Of a stretch of 64,000 nucleotides of DNA, positions 24,501 through 37,372 are shown piece by piece (positions within the stretch are counted from its first letter, which is position 1; each line of letters starts with the position of its first letter). The notes under the pieces are model-generated. The model was not told where the DNA came from and did no database searches. It worked only from the letters and a program-made list of their open reading frames with translations. The stretch comes from Torpedo marmorata (lineage: Eukaryota), in contig OZ360230.1 of NCBI GenBank assembly GCA_977017645.1, positions 14,260,001-14,324,000 of the forward strand, in the 5' to 3' direction. The position numbers and the translations under genes were made by a program.

Positions 24501-25556
24501 ATCAAGTGCCTCTGATCTGAGACAACATTAGGATGATTCTGCCCTATGGCATCAGTTTAATCATCCTCATTACATCAAATCAAACCATAAATCTCTCAAT
24601 TCCACACTATTTTTAACAAGATAAGGTTTCTTTGAAAGAAAGGTTTTTTAAATCATGACAGAATTAAAATCCTGCTTAACTCTGAAGCCTGTCTTCAATC
24701 TATTTAATTGATTCCTCTCCAAAGCTTGTTAATGTGTTGCAGGAGGATATCATCGAAATAATGGGCGATTGACACCGGGGAAGTTGAATGGGTGTAAATC
24801 GTGGGAGACTAACTGTGGCAGATAGTGGGACTATGAAATGTGTTTTGTCTCATGTTCCAAGTAAATGCAAATTGCTCTTGTGAGTCGGAATGTAGAATAC
24901 TACAACCACGCGTTATATGCGTGTGAGCTATACGAAAATATTTTTACTGTTTATGATTTTCTGCACGTTATATGCATGTGCGCATTATATGAGTGAAAAT
25001 ACGGGGTACTTTATATTGTGAAAATTACCTAGAATGATGTCGAATGTGATCAGGCCAATATGGTTTTGTTTAAGTAAGTATTTTTTCTTAACCTTCATAG
25101 TTTGCTCTTCATTCCACCACCTCATTGTAACTTTTTTTGACAGGGTGAACTTGATTTTGCTTTGGGTACATTGATGGGTTCTACTCATAAAAGTATGGGT
25201 CATTTCAGGAACATCTTGGATTAACTTGCCAGTGCAACAACATTTTTCCGGCACACGCATTCAAGTACATTATCCAGAGACAGATGGAGAAAGTTTAAAA
25301 ATGAAATGTAGTAAAAATGGGTCTGTGGAAATTATAAATATAGAAAGCAGGCAAGCTGGTGTCCAAGGATTCTACTGTATTTTTCAAATCTTACGCTGTT
25401 GACTTTTTGCCTGAAAGTGGAGAGATCAGTTCATAAAAACCGGAGAAACTCACCTTAGCGACTGTACATCTTGTACAACTCCAAGTGGGCAACAGACCAT
25501 TCACATGTATCTGTGGGATCATCAAAACTATATCTAATCGGAACTTTTTACCATTA

Positions 25557-26159
25557 CACTGGACAACGAAGATTTTGCTTCCTGAACATTTTATGGATTT
25601 TGGGCTGCAGATCACGAAAATCACCTTAAAATTTTCCTATCACTGACCATTTTTTAGATATAACCTATTTTTGTGATTTCCTGTCATATTTTAAGCATGC
25701 TTCAAGCATACAAAACCATGAAGTGCAACATGTCATTGAAAATTCATTTTCTGCATTCGCACTTGGACTTCTTCCCTGCTTATCTTGGTGCAGTCAGTGA
25801 CGAACATGGTGAAAGGTTTCACCAGAACATTGCAACCATGGAAAAGCGGTATCAGGGCAACTGGAATCCATCAAAGATGGCCGACTATTGTTGGACACTG
25901 ACACGAGAGGCATCAGATGCTGAGTACAAATGAAAATAAGCGGCAAAACATTTTTAGATCAGTTGAACTCGCGCAATGTGTCAGCATCATTATGCAATTA
26001 AACATGCTAAATTCAATAAAAGTTAATTTAAATTTTCTCCAATTTCCTGCGTGATACAGAAATTCTGAAATTATCTTTGTGTTCAGCTTGAAGTTGTCTA
26101 TCATAATCCCCAATTTTTTTTCAGGAAGCAAACCTTTTGAAAAAAATTGTTGTCCAGTG
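25557..26159 (+). mobile_element. Chapaev3 (CMC) DNA transposon, internally deleted
   Basis: TIRs cactggacaac/gttgtccagtg; transposase C-terminus CNMSLKIHFLHSHLDFF..SDEHGERFHQ..MADYCWTL at 25673-25933; flanks tta/ttt. Confidence 0.85.
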
Positions 26160-26507
26160 TTTTCAGCCAATAATGATAATTTTGTACCACCAATAGACAG
26201 ACCATGTATTGTGTAAAACTTAAACTTTGATGGCCACAGCATAAATTAGTCCCAAACAATATTTACCAGTAATCTACCTCCATAAAACATAGCAGCTCCC
26301 AGTTAATTATGCAAGTTATGCAAAAAATAAATAATTCAACACAACCTTTTTTCATCTCTCGTTTCCTAACCCATCTATCTTCGCATTACAGAAAATCACG
26401 CAAATCCCCATGTTCCAAATGCTTAACTTACCCCCTCTGCACTGTCACACTGGGTGTTCTAAACCAAAAGGTTAAAATTAATTGTCTCTTTTTTTTTTCT
26501 TTTTCAG

Positions 26508-26837
26508 TGTTTCTGCACTACAAATTGTAAAAGGAATCATTCTGAAAATAAAATGATATTAGCTTCTTTTAAAGAAAACATCACACAGTTTCAGTCTTTT
26601 CCATGTTATTATGATCCAAAAGGAAGACAAAGGAATGTTCTCTTGGCAAGATTTAATATGTTTAATGCTTGGTATTGTGCAATGCTCTGGCCTTCTTGTA
26701 TGTTTTTTGGTGGACTTGTACTTGTAATCCTGGTGAGGCTGACACAGTACCTGTCTCTGCTCAGTGAACAGTCACAGGAAGAAACTGAAAAGATTGCAAC
26801 AAGTTGCCAATATTCTTCAAAGTTCCTTAAGAATTGA
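26508..26837 (+). CDS. KCNMB2: KCNMB2-like coding exon 4 (loop end, TM2, C-terminal tail, stop)
   Basis: Long polypyrimidine tract then cag|; CFCTTNC..FPCYYDPKGRQ..LWPSCMFFGGLVLVILVRLTQYLSLL; spliced CDS 741 nt = 246 aa. Confidence 0.93.
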   Translation, partial: CFCTTNCKRNHSENKMILASFKENITQFQSFPCYYDPKGRQRNVLLARFNMFNAWYCAMLWPSCMFFGGLVLVILVRLTQYLSLLSEQSQEETEKIATSCQYSSKFLKN

Positions 26838-26923
26838 CATATGCATTGTACCAAGATGTTACCAGAAAAATTACAGGTCTTTGTTATACAATTTCAAAAA
26901 GCTTTCTGAAACTTCTGTCAGTT

Positions 26924-26929
26924 AATAAA
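26924..26929 (+). terminator. Candidate poly(A) signal of the KCNMB gene
   Basis: AATAAA about 90 nt after the stop; alternative at 27096. Confidence 0.45.
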
Positions 26930-27452
26930 TACAATACATGCAAACAACATAAAGTACTCTGAGTACCTCAAAATTAAATATTATGTTAAAAGTTGCCATG
27001 AAGAGTTAGCACAGAGAGTTCAGCAAATTCAATTTAGCCCAAATAAGAGATACATACTCATGATAAATAACTACGTTCTAAGGATAATTTTAGCAAATAA
27101 AAGCAATGCTGTGCAAATATTTACACTATTAAGTTCAAGTTTATTATCACATGTACCAAGATGCAATGATAAAGTTTATTTTGCATGCAGTCTGGCAAGA
27201 TATCTCATACATAGTACAGCAAGACATGGTTAAAAAGTGCAGGGTTACAGAAGAGATCAGTTAAAGGCAAAGCAAAGTCAGCACCATTTTACTATTTTGA
27301 GGTTCATTCAGAAATATAATAACGATGGGAAAGAAACTGTCCTTGAATCTGGTGGTGCATGATCTCATACTCATGGAAGGAGGATGAAGAGAATGTGGCT
27401 GGGGTGGGATGATTGTATTATTGATATTCACTTATCCCAGCTGAATCATCTT

Positions 27453-27749
27453 TTTATTTTTTATTTTATTTTATTTAAACTTTTAAATCACAAAATACAT
27501 AAGATAAAATATAAAATTATCAAAATACATGTGATACATTTTCACCCCCCCACCCTCCCTCCCCTCCCCAACCCCCCCCCCCCATCCCCACTAATCAAGT
27601 AAAATTAAAATAAAAGTAAAAATAGAAAAAAGAAAGAAAGAAAAAGATAGAATAAGGGGAATACCATCTATAAACTAATTCTACTATGGAGGTCAAATGT
27701 GCCAGTAGATCCGATATCCCGAGATCTTCAAATCCTTAAACCCACAGCT
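27453..27749 (-). mobile_element. Very short L1 3'-UTR insertion
   Basis: 16-bp TSD ccagctgaatcatctt (27437-27452, 27750-27765); T-rich tail and C-rich tract on +. Confidence 0.85.
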
Positions 27750-28600
27750 CCAGCTGAATCATCTTCTCATAAAGGTGAGTTCCACATTTTAAGGTGAAAA
27801 TAGCCGTTTTAACATATTTTAAATAATGTTCCTTCAATCTAATTTTTACATATTGTCAAAATAATTGTAAACAACTAGTAGATTGAGGGAGCTGAGATTT
27901 TGGTAATTTTCCTTTTTACAAAGTAAAATGATGCTGCAGGTGCAAATGAACACGGAGATGCAGGTTAATTCCATATGACACAGTAATGGTGGAAGTATTA
28001 TTATTTTTTTACATTTCTATTCTTGATGCAGGTACAATGCCCTCCATAATGTTTGGGACAAAGATACTTTTTTCCTTTATTTGCCCCTGTGCTCCACAGT
28101 TTAAAATTTGTAATCAAACAATTCACATGTAATTAAAGTGCACATTCCAGATTTTATTCAAGGTTATTTGTGTACATTTTGGTTTGACCATGTAGAAATT
28201 ACAGCACTTTTTATACATAGTCCCCTCATTTCAGGGCACCACAATGTTTGGGACATTTGGCTTCACAGGTGTTTGTGATTACTCAGGTATGTTTAATTGC
28301 TTCATTGGTGCAGGTATTAGAGAGCTCGGCTTGCTTCTAAGCTTTTGATCTCCTTGGAGTCTGTAGTTGCCATTTTTCAACATGAGGACCAGAGTTGTGC
28401 CAATGAAAGTCAAAGAAGCCATTATGAGGGTGAAAAACAAGTATAAAACAGTAAGAGACATCGCCCAAACCTTAGGATTACCAAAATAAACAGTTTGAAA
28501 CATTATTAAGAAGAAAGAGCGTACTGGTGAGTTTAGTAATCGCAAAGGGACTGGTATTCCAAGGAAGACCTCCACTGCTGATGACAGAAGAGTTCTTATC

Positions 28601-30292
28601 CAAAGCTAAATTAAATAATAAAGGGCTAAGAGGACAACCCTGTCTAGTTCCTCAAAATAACCTAAAAAGTGAAGATTTTTGATTATTCGTAATTACAGCA
28701 GCGTTTGGAGCTTGATAAATCAAGTTAATCCAAGAGATAAAACCAGGGCCGAAAATAAATCTTTTCAAAACTTCAAACAGATATTTCCATTCCTCTCTAT
28801 CAAAAGCCTTTTCTGCATCTAACGACACTACACATTCTGGAGTTTTAAGCGATGGGGAATAAATTATATTCAATAATCTACAGATATTGAAATGTGAATA
28901 TCGATTCTTTATAAATCCTGTTTGGTCTATAAAGATAATCTGAGGAAGAATATTTTCCAATCTATTAGCTAAAATCTTGGAAAGAATTTTAGAATCAACA
29001 TTCAATAATGATATTGGTCTGTAGGAAGCGCAATCAGAAGGGTCTTTATCCTTTTTAGGAATTAAGGAAATTGACGCTTCATAAAATATCCGTGGCAAGG
29101 TTCTAAAAAGATTAGAATCACTAAATACCTTACAAAGTTAGGGGGGGGTGGTGGTGGTGGGGTGGGGTAAGTATATCAGCAAAACATTTTTAAAAAAACT
29201 CAATGGTATAACCATCCGGGCCTGGGGCTTTGCCAGACTGAAGGGAGGAAATTGCTTTAAAATTTCCATCTCTGAAATTGGAGCTTCCAATAAAAGTTGA
29301 TCATTAGGAGAAATTTTAGCGATATTCAACTGTTAAAGGAATTTATCCATAGAGACAGAATTGTTGGGAATCTCAGATTTATATGAATCAGAATAGAATT
29401 CCTGAAATGTCTTATTAATTTCAACATGATCAAACACAATGCTACCATCTTTTTTACAAATTTTAGTAATCTGTCTTTTGGCCATAGCTGATTTTAATTG
29501 ACTAGCTAACAATTTACCTGGTTTATCCCCATGTACATAAAACTGACTTTTAAGTTTAAGGAGTTGGCTTTCAAATAGGGTATGTTAAAAGTAAATCATG
29601 TTGCGTTTGAAGTTCTACCCTTTTCTTATAAAGATCAGCATTAGGCATCCTTGAATATACTCTATCAATTTCTTTAATCCTATTATTCAGTAGCAATAAT
29701 TCTTCCTTTGTACATTTTCTTAACCCAGCTGAATAGGAAATTATTTGTCCCCGAAGGTATGCCTTAAACGTATCCCAGACAGTTTTTTTTTCATTTTTAA
29801 CAAACAATAAAACAAAATACTTCAAAAACAGATATCATATTATATAGTAATACAATAAAAGTAACATATCTAATAAAAAAAACAATTACCACAAACCTCC
29901 CCCCACCAAAGAAAAAAATCTAAACAAAACAAATGGTCGACAATGTTTATATAATTACTAATTTCAAATATATAAAAGAAAGAAAAACTCCAAGGCTTCC
30001 TGGCAACAGGGCTTATCGCGTGAAGGAACCCAAAACAAATTAATAGCAAATCTTCTTTAATTTAATTTATCCTGACGCCAAATAATCTAAATAAGGTTGC
30101 CAAATTTTATAAAAAATAACCTGTTTGTTTTTAATGATATACATAATTTTCTCCAATGGATCCCAGACAGTTAAACTCGACATTTCCTCAGTTAAATTCG
30201 TTAAGAAAAAATAAGAGATTTGCTCCTTAATAAAATCTACAAATTTTTCATCTTGAAGTAAGGTCGAATTAAACTGCCACTGCTGGGCTCCA
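28601..30292 (-). mobile_element. Inverted 5' part of a twin-primed L1
   Basis: Minus strand runs from WQFNSTLL through YRPISLL to RQGCPLSPLLFNLAL, contiguous with EPLAIAL at 30293 on +. Confidence 0.88.
29785..30159 (-). mobile_element. Short L1 3' end inserted into L1
   Basis: 13-bp TSD atcccagacagtt (29772-29784, 30160-30172); PLEKIMY..IWQPYL. Confidence 0.85.
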
Positions 30293-32317
30293 GAACCCCT
30301 AGCAATAGCACTTCAGGATTTTAGTCATATTCGGGGAATTAATAGAGGAGATGGAATTCACAAAGTATCTTTATATGCAGATGATCTTTTAGTATATATT
30401 TCAGATCCTGAGAAATCTATTCCTCCAATGTTGTCTTTGCTTTCCCAATTTGGTAGTTTCTCTGGATATAAATTGAATCTTTATAAGTGCGAATTATTCC
30501 CAATAAACATGCATGTACCTGTTTATAATCACATACCTTTTAGAGTGGTTAAAGATCATTTTATCCATCTTGGGTTTAAAATTACCAAAACATTTAAAGA
30601 TCTATATAAATTTAACTTTCTTCCTTTGGTAGATTATGTGAAACAATCACTTTCTAAATGGTCTCCTTTGGCCTTATCTTTAATAGGTCGTATTAATATG
30701 ATAATCTTACCTAAATTTTTGTATGTATTTCAAGCAATTCCAGTTTTTATTCCAAAATCCTTTTTTGATAATATTGACTCTAAAATATCTTCTTATATTT
30801 GGAATAAAAAGAATGCCAGATTGAGTAAATTCCATCTGCAGAAATTAAAGAAAGAATTTTAAAGAAAGATGGTGGTATGGCTTTACCTAATCTTAGACTC
30901 TATTATTGGGCAGTTAACATTCGTTATATTATTTTCTGGATCTACTATTCTGATAAATTTGAACGCCCTTATTGGGTAGATTTGGAATTGAATTCCGTGC
31001 AGAGGTATTCAGTAGCCTCTTTATTGGGAGCAGCTCTTCCTTTTACACTTTCCAAGATTAGTAGGCATACCTTCAACCAAATATTTAAACATACATCACG
31101 GATTTGGTTTCAATTTCGGAAGTTCTTTGACCTTCTCATTTTGGAAAGTTAAAGGAATCGTCTCTTTTTCAGATTTGATTATAGATGGTAGCTTAATGTC
31201 TTTTGAACAATTATCCAATATAACTAAGTCACATTTTTTAGATACTTCCAAATTAGAAATTTTCTGAATACTGCCTAACTTTCCAACATTGTACCAACTG
31301 GATTTGATTGATACTTTTTTTCATTTGAACCCTTCTCATAAGGGTTTAATAGGTAACATTTATAATAAGTTATTAAGATTGCAATCAAATTCTAATGACA
31401 AAATTAAAAGGGCCTGGGAAGAGGAACTTCAGTTACATCTTCCAGAGGAATCATGGGAGAAGATTTTGGATTGCTTAATACCTCTTCAATATGTGCTCGT
31501 CATTCTTTGATTCAGTTTAAAGTGGTACATCGGGCTCAGATGCCGAAAGACAAATTGGCCCATATTTTTTCTAACGTTAGTCCTATTTGTGATAGATGTA
31601 AATCAGAAGTTGCTTCTCTAACTTATATGTTTTGGACATGCCCTATGTTGGAGAGGTATTGGACAGATATTTTGAGACTTTGTCAGCTATACTGGATATT
31701 AGTTTGCAACCGAACCCATTCACTGCTCTTTTTGGAATTATAGTTCCAGAAATGGGACGAATTCCCACTTCTACACATCGGGTTGTAGCCTTTTCTACAT
31801 TGTTGGCTAGAAGAGCTATTTTATTTAAATGGAAAGATTCTAATTCACCTACTTTGACTCAATGGTTCTCTCAAATTATGCCATGTTTAAGTTTAGAGAA
31901 AGTTAGGAGTCGTACATTTGATACTTCTGTTAAATTTGAAGAGACTTGGCGACCTTTTATAAATTATTTCCACATGACTTAATACGTATAATTATTTTCC
32001 CTTCCAGACTATATTTAATTTTATTTATTTTCTTTTTGTTGGTGAAGACCAGACAATTAATTTTATTAATAAATTCTCAGGATAGGCTGCCCAGTCTTTT
32101 TTTTGTGTTTTTTTTTTTAGATCAGGTGGGGTTCTATATAATAATTTTATTTTTTAAAAAAATTTCAATTTGAGGAGTTGAGAACATATTCGTTAATTGT
32201 GGTGTAATGCAATATGTTATATCATATGAGTCATATAGTGATTTTTTTTCTTCTTGATTATGTACTCCTACTCTCCTCATGTATTGTTTACTTATAATAT
32301 GATTAATAAAAAGATTG
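30293..32317 (+). mobile_element. 3' part of the twin-primed L1 (tail resumes at 37373-37384)
   Basis: SLYADDLL, GYKLN, CDRC..MFWTC, aataaaaagattg tail; 15-bp TSD at 28586-28600 and 37385-37399 (2 mismatches). Confidence 0.9.
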
Positions 32318-35300
32318 TGTTACAAACTCAAACCAGCAATGACAGAAGACGCAATGCAAAAGGGGTAAAATTGAAATTTATATTTATTAAAGACAATCAA
32401 ACATATAATTTCACAACAATCAACCCCACTATAAACATCTAAAAACACTATTCTTATCTAAAGAGTGTGTGTGTGTGTGTGTGTAAAGCCCAGACCATTA
32501 CAGTCTGTGCCCAACCCTCAAGAAAAAAAATAGAAATCCTTCCCCAAAACCCCAGGTCAGTCATAAAAATAAGTCAGTCCCAAAAATACAGTCCACAAAA
32601 ATCACTCACTATGTTCATGGCACGAAGGACTTCTTAATGAACATTGGAGAGAGAGACAATAACTGTTTAAGCTTACGAATGCTTGGCCTGCTTTTCTTCC
32701 CTGATAACTTTCCCTTTTGGTAGGTGCACGAGGACTGCGATTCCAAATCAGTATACCGCTGATTGAGGCGTATACTTGGATTTCACAGCCTGTCTTGCTG
32801 ATCTCACGCCTGTTCTCCACGAAAGTTGCTTTATCTCAGTATTTTGCTGATACAGGAGGCCATGTGCTATTCTCCCAGCCTTTCTCACTGGAATGCACAA
32901 GCCTGTTTCTGATGTTGTTGCTTCAGCCTTTTGCAACTCCAGACTGAATGCTTTTTGCAGCGGTTTGCACCTGCTTTTGCAAAAGTGCAACAAAGTATCT
33001 TTCCACAGCCTGTCTCTCTCTCTCTCTGAGTACGCCAAGTCCTGGGCAAGTTAACTCTTTCAGTACCTGGTCCCAGTGTGTACTCCAAAAGACTTCATCC
33101 TTCCTGCTGACCGTCTGCAGTCCAAATGGTCAGTCATGGTCCATAACACCTCCCACCCACAAAGAAAATTTTGGTCTGCAAGAACAACATTTTGGAAATT
33201 AATTGAGGTGTCACAATATAAACAAAACCCACAATGTTCATCCACAAACACAAAAATATGAACTCTTTTCATTTATAAAGTTTAGCATCTAAAAAGACAA
33301 TCAGCGATTACATTATCTTTCCCTTTTATATGTGTTATCATTAAATCGTATTCTTGCAAAATTGGACTCCAATTTAACAACCGTCGATTCTTATTTTTCA
33401 TTTTACAAAAAAACCAATGGATTATGGTCAGTATATACTATGAATGGTTTTTGAGCTGTACAGATATACACATCAAAGTGTTGTAGAGCCAACACAAGAG
33501 CAAACAACTCTTTTTCTATGGTTGAATAATTCCTGTGATGATCATTGTACTTCTTCAAGAAGTAGGATACCGGATGGTCAATGTCCTCTTCGTTCTTCCT
33601 CTGTAACAGCACCACACCCACAGCTTCATCGCTGGCATCCACGGCTAAAGAAAATGGCATTTCTAAATCAGATGACTTAAGCACTGGTTGGTGGCATAAA
33701 ATGGCTTTCAATTTGACAAATGCTTCCTGACATCCTGTTGACCATACAAATTTTTCTCCCTTTCTAAGCAAATTTGTGAGAGGGAGCGCAAGATCTGCAA
33801 AGTTTCTACAGAACCTGCGGTAGTAGCCAATCATTCCCAGGAACCTCCTCAGAGTTTTCTTACCAGTTGGAACAGTGAACTCGGAAATAGTCACAACCTT
33901 GGCCTCTACTGGCGCAAACATAACCCAAATAAGTAACAGTTCCATGACCCTCTCTGAAACTGGTTTTATCTGTCTCCTCTTTACCCCGGTCGATAACCAG
34001 CACCTCTGGTAAATGTTCAGTCTCTTTGTGCGGCACCTGTTCAAAATATGGCTTAATCATATTCACTTGTCTGCGATTAGGTGTTTCTATGACAGAGGGT
34101 GACCTCATTAATTTTTGACTTAACTCTATAGGGTCCTGAAAATCTAGCCCTAAGAGGATTTGAATGTGTGGGAAACAGAACTAATACATTCTCACCAGGT
34201 TTAAAAGTTCTCATCTTGGCCTTTCGATCATACCAAACCTTCATTCTCTGTTGAGTGGTCTTTAAAGTCTCCTTTGCCATCTCACAAGCTTTATGCAACC
34301 GATCCTTAAATTTGGAAACATAATCCAACAGATTTAAACACACATCACTATTAATCCACTGTTCTTTTAATAACCTTAAAGGACCTCTCACCTCATGTCC
34401 GAAAACTAACTCGAATGGACTAAAACCAAGTGATTCTTGGACAGAGTCCCTCGCTGCAAATAACAACAAATGAACCCCCTCATCCTAATCCTTTTCCTTC
34501 TCACAACAATAAGTTCTAATCATGTTTTTCAAAGTCGAATGGAACCTCTCCAAGGCCCCTTGACTTTCTGGATGGTACGCAGAGGATACAATCTGTATAA
34601 TTCCCAGTCTATCAACCACTTGTTGGAATACGCCTTGCTGTGTGTTTTGTTACAGAAGGTGCCACTGCCTGACATGAAATTACTACCCTGATCTGATTGA
34701 AGTTCCCTTGGCAAACTTACCAAGGTGAAAAGCTTTACCATAGCCTTTAAAATTGCCTTTGCTTTAATGTTTCTCAGAGGAATTGCCTCTGGAAATTTGG
34801 TGGCTGCACACATAATTGTTAACAAATATTCATTCCCCGCTTTGGTTTTGGGCAATGGGCCAACACAGTCCACAATTACTCTCGAGAAAGGCTCACTGAA
34901 AGCAGGGATAGGTTGCAAGGGTGCCACCAGGGGACCCTGATTAGGTTTACTCACCACATGACAAGTGTGACAGGCCCGGCAAAAGCTTACAACCTCCCTT
35001 CTCAAACTGGGCCAATAAAATTGTTTAATTATCTTCAGTATAGTTTTCTTCACCCCAAGGTGACAACCTAAGGGTGTGCTCTGAGCCAAAGCTATTATTT
35101 CATACCTATATACTTTAGGGATCACAACCTTCTGCACCACTGCCCATTCTTCAGTGGCAGGAACATCACATGGTCTCCACTTTCTCATCAACACCCCATC
35201 TTTTTCATAATAACCCACTGGCACCTTCTTAATCTCCTCTTCAGAGAGAACATTATCCCTCACCTCAGCAAGATCAGGATCCTCCTTTTGCCTTGCTATT

Positions 35301-37372
35301 AGCTCCTGTCGGGATAGTGACAAATCAGTGACTTTAGGTGTCTTATCAGTGTATGGGTGTAACACAGGAGATTGCTCAACCTTTTCCAGGTGTTTTTGAT
35401 TATCACTGACTTTTTCTTTCACCAATTTATTTTCCACTGCCTGCTCTACAGTGACATTTTTCTTAGACATGGCCCTGGTTATGGCACATGCCGGATAAAT
35501 ATCAGAGTCCTTCTCTGACTTATCAATGACTGGCTTAGAGGTCATTCGCACTGCAGGAACTACTTTATCCTCAGCCAAGTCATTGCCTAGCAACAGTGAG
35601 ACTCCTTCTACTGGCAAATCTGATCTCACTCCTATTATAACAGGTCCTTCCACCAAGTCTGAGTCCAACACTATTTTGTGCAAAGGAATGGACTCAACAT
35701 CACCCCCAATTCCTTTAACTAAATTCATTTCACCGGTGTCAGTGGCTTCACAAAATTCCAGGACACTATCTAACACAAGTGACTGAGCAGCTCCAGTATC
35801 TCGTAAGATTTTCACTGGAACTTGCTTTGATCCGACCTTAAATAAAATAAAACCATCAGTCACAAAAGGTTTAAATACATCCCTAACTTTGTCAGTAAAT
35901 TTGTCTCCTTCCTGGGTGTTACGCCTCTTCTCACTCTGAATACAAGCATTAGGTGTTGCATCCTTTTCTCTCTTCTTTTTCAACACTGGACAGCTTGCTA
36001 GCATATAACCACCCTTCCTATAGTAGTAGCAAATGGGACCCGAAGGGTTTTCCTTTTTCCGCTTCCCTTCATCTCTTTCCTTAACACCACTTCCAAATTT
36101 ACTTTCCATTTGCTTGGGATTATCCACAGTGCCCTTTTGGAAAATTCTGCCTGACGTCCACTTAGGCTTGTGGGTTAAAGCATATTCATCTGCTAACTTA
36201 GCTGAATTTTGCCAAGTTTTCACCTCCTTTTCATCTAAGTATGCCTTAATATCCTCAGGAACACACCTTTTTATCTCCTCAATTGGTATCAATTCTCTCA
36301 ATTGATTGTAATCATTCTTTACTGCCTTTAATGTGCACCACCTGTCAAAACCCACAACCTTTTCATAGGCAAACTCTGTGTAAGATTGGGTTGCTGATCT
36401 TTTAAAATTTCTAAACTTCTGTCTATAAGCCTCTGGAACTAACTCATAAGCCTGGAGTATAGCCTTTTTCACCGTTTCATAATCAGCAGCTTGCTCCGTG
36501 ATAAGAGTAGAATAAGCTTGCTGAGCTTTTCCTTTAATTACACTTTGTAACATAAGAGACCATTGGTCTTGTGGCCATTTTAATTTCACAGCCACCTTTT
36601 CAAATCAACCCCACTATAAACGTATATAAACACTATTCTTATCTAAAGAGTGTGTGTGTGTGTGTGTGTGTGGGTAAAGCTCAAACCATTACAGTCTGTG
36701 CCCAACCCTCAAGAAAAAAGTAGAAAACCTTCCCCAAAACCGCAGGTCAGTCATAAAAATAAGTCAGTCCCAAAAATACAGTCCACAAAAATCACTCTCT
36801 ATGTTCAGGGTCCAAATTCAGCTCTGTGCGCTGGCACAAAAGACTTCTTAATGAACGTTGGAGAGAGAGACAATGACTGTTTAAGCTTACGAATGCTTGG
36901 CCTGCTTTTCTTCCAATGGCTTTTCCTTTTGGTAGGTGCACGAGGATTGCGATTCCAAATCAGTATACCACTGATTGAGGCATGTACTTGGATCTCACAG
37001 CCTGTCTCGCTGATCTCACGCCTGTTCTCCACGAAAGTTGCTTTATCTCAGTATTTTGCTGATACAGGAGGCCATGTGCTATTCTCCCAGTCTTTCTCAA
37101 TGGAATGCACAAGCCTGTTTCTGATGTTGTTGTTTCATCCTTTTGCAACTCCAAACTGAATGCTTTTTTCAGCGGTTTGCACCTGCTTTTGCAAAAGTGC
37201 AACAAATTACCTTTCCACAGCCCGTCTCTCTCTCTATGTGTCTCTCTCTCTGAGCACAGCCAGTCCTGGGCAAGTTAACTCTTTCAGTACCTGGTCCCAG
37301 TGTGTACTCCAAAAGACTTCATCTTTCCTGCTGACCTTCCGCAGTCCAAATGGTCAGTCATGGTCCATAACA
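32318..37372 (-). mobile_element. Second Gmr1-type Gypsy copy (different LTR subfamily), RT core missing, with a deletion of U5/PBS/5' gag
   Basis: TSD attg (32314-32317, 37373-37376); 3' LTR 32318-33148; partial 5' LTR about 36603-37372. Confidence 0.93.
33282..36602 (-). pseudogene. Gag(SCAN)-PR-IN-RH, frameshifted
   Basis: Highly similar to 3920-7849 at protein level. Confidence 0.9.

Larger units (their letters stand above)
23968..25006. mobile_element. Non-autonomous Tc1/pogo-type DNA transposon (MITE)
   Basis: Imperfect TIRs (a/c)cccgtatttt..catataa(c/t)gcgc; TA at 23966-23967 and 25007-25008. Confidence 0.8.
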
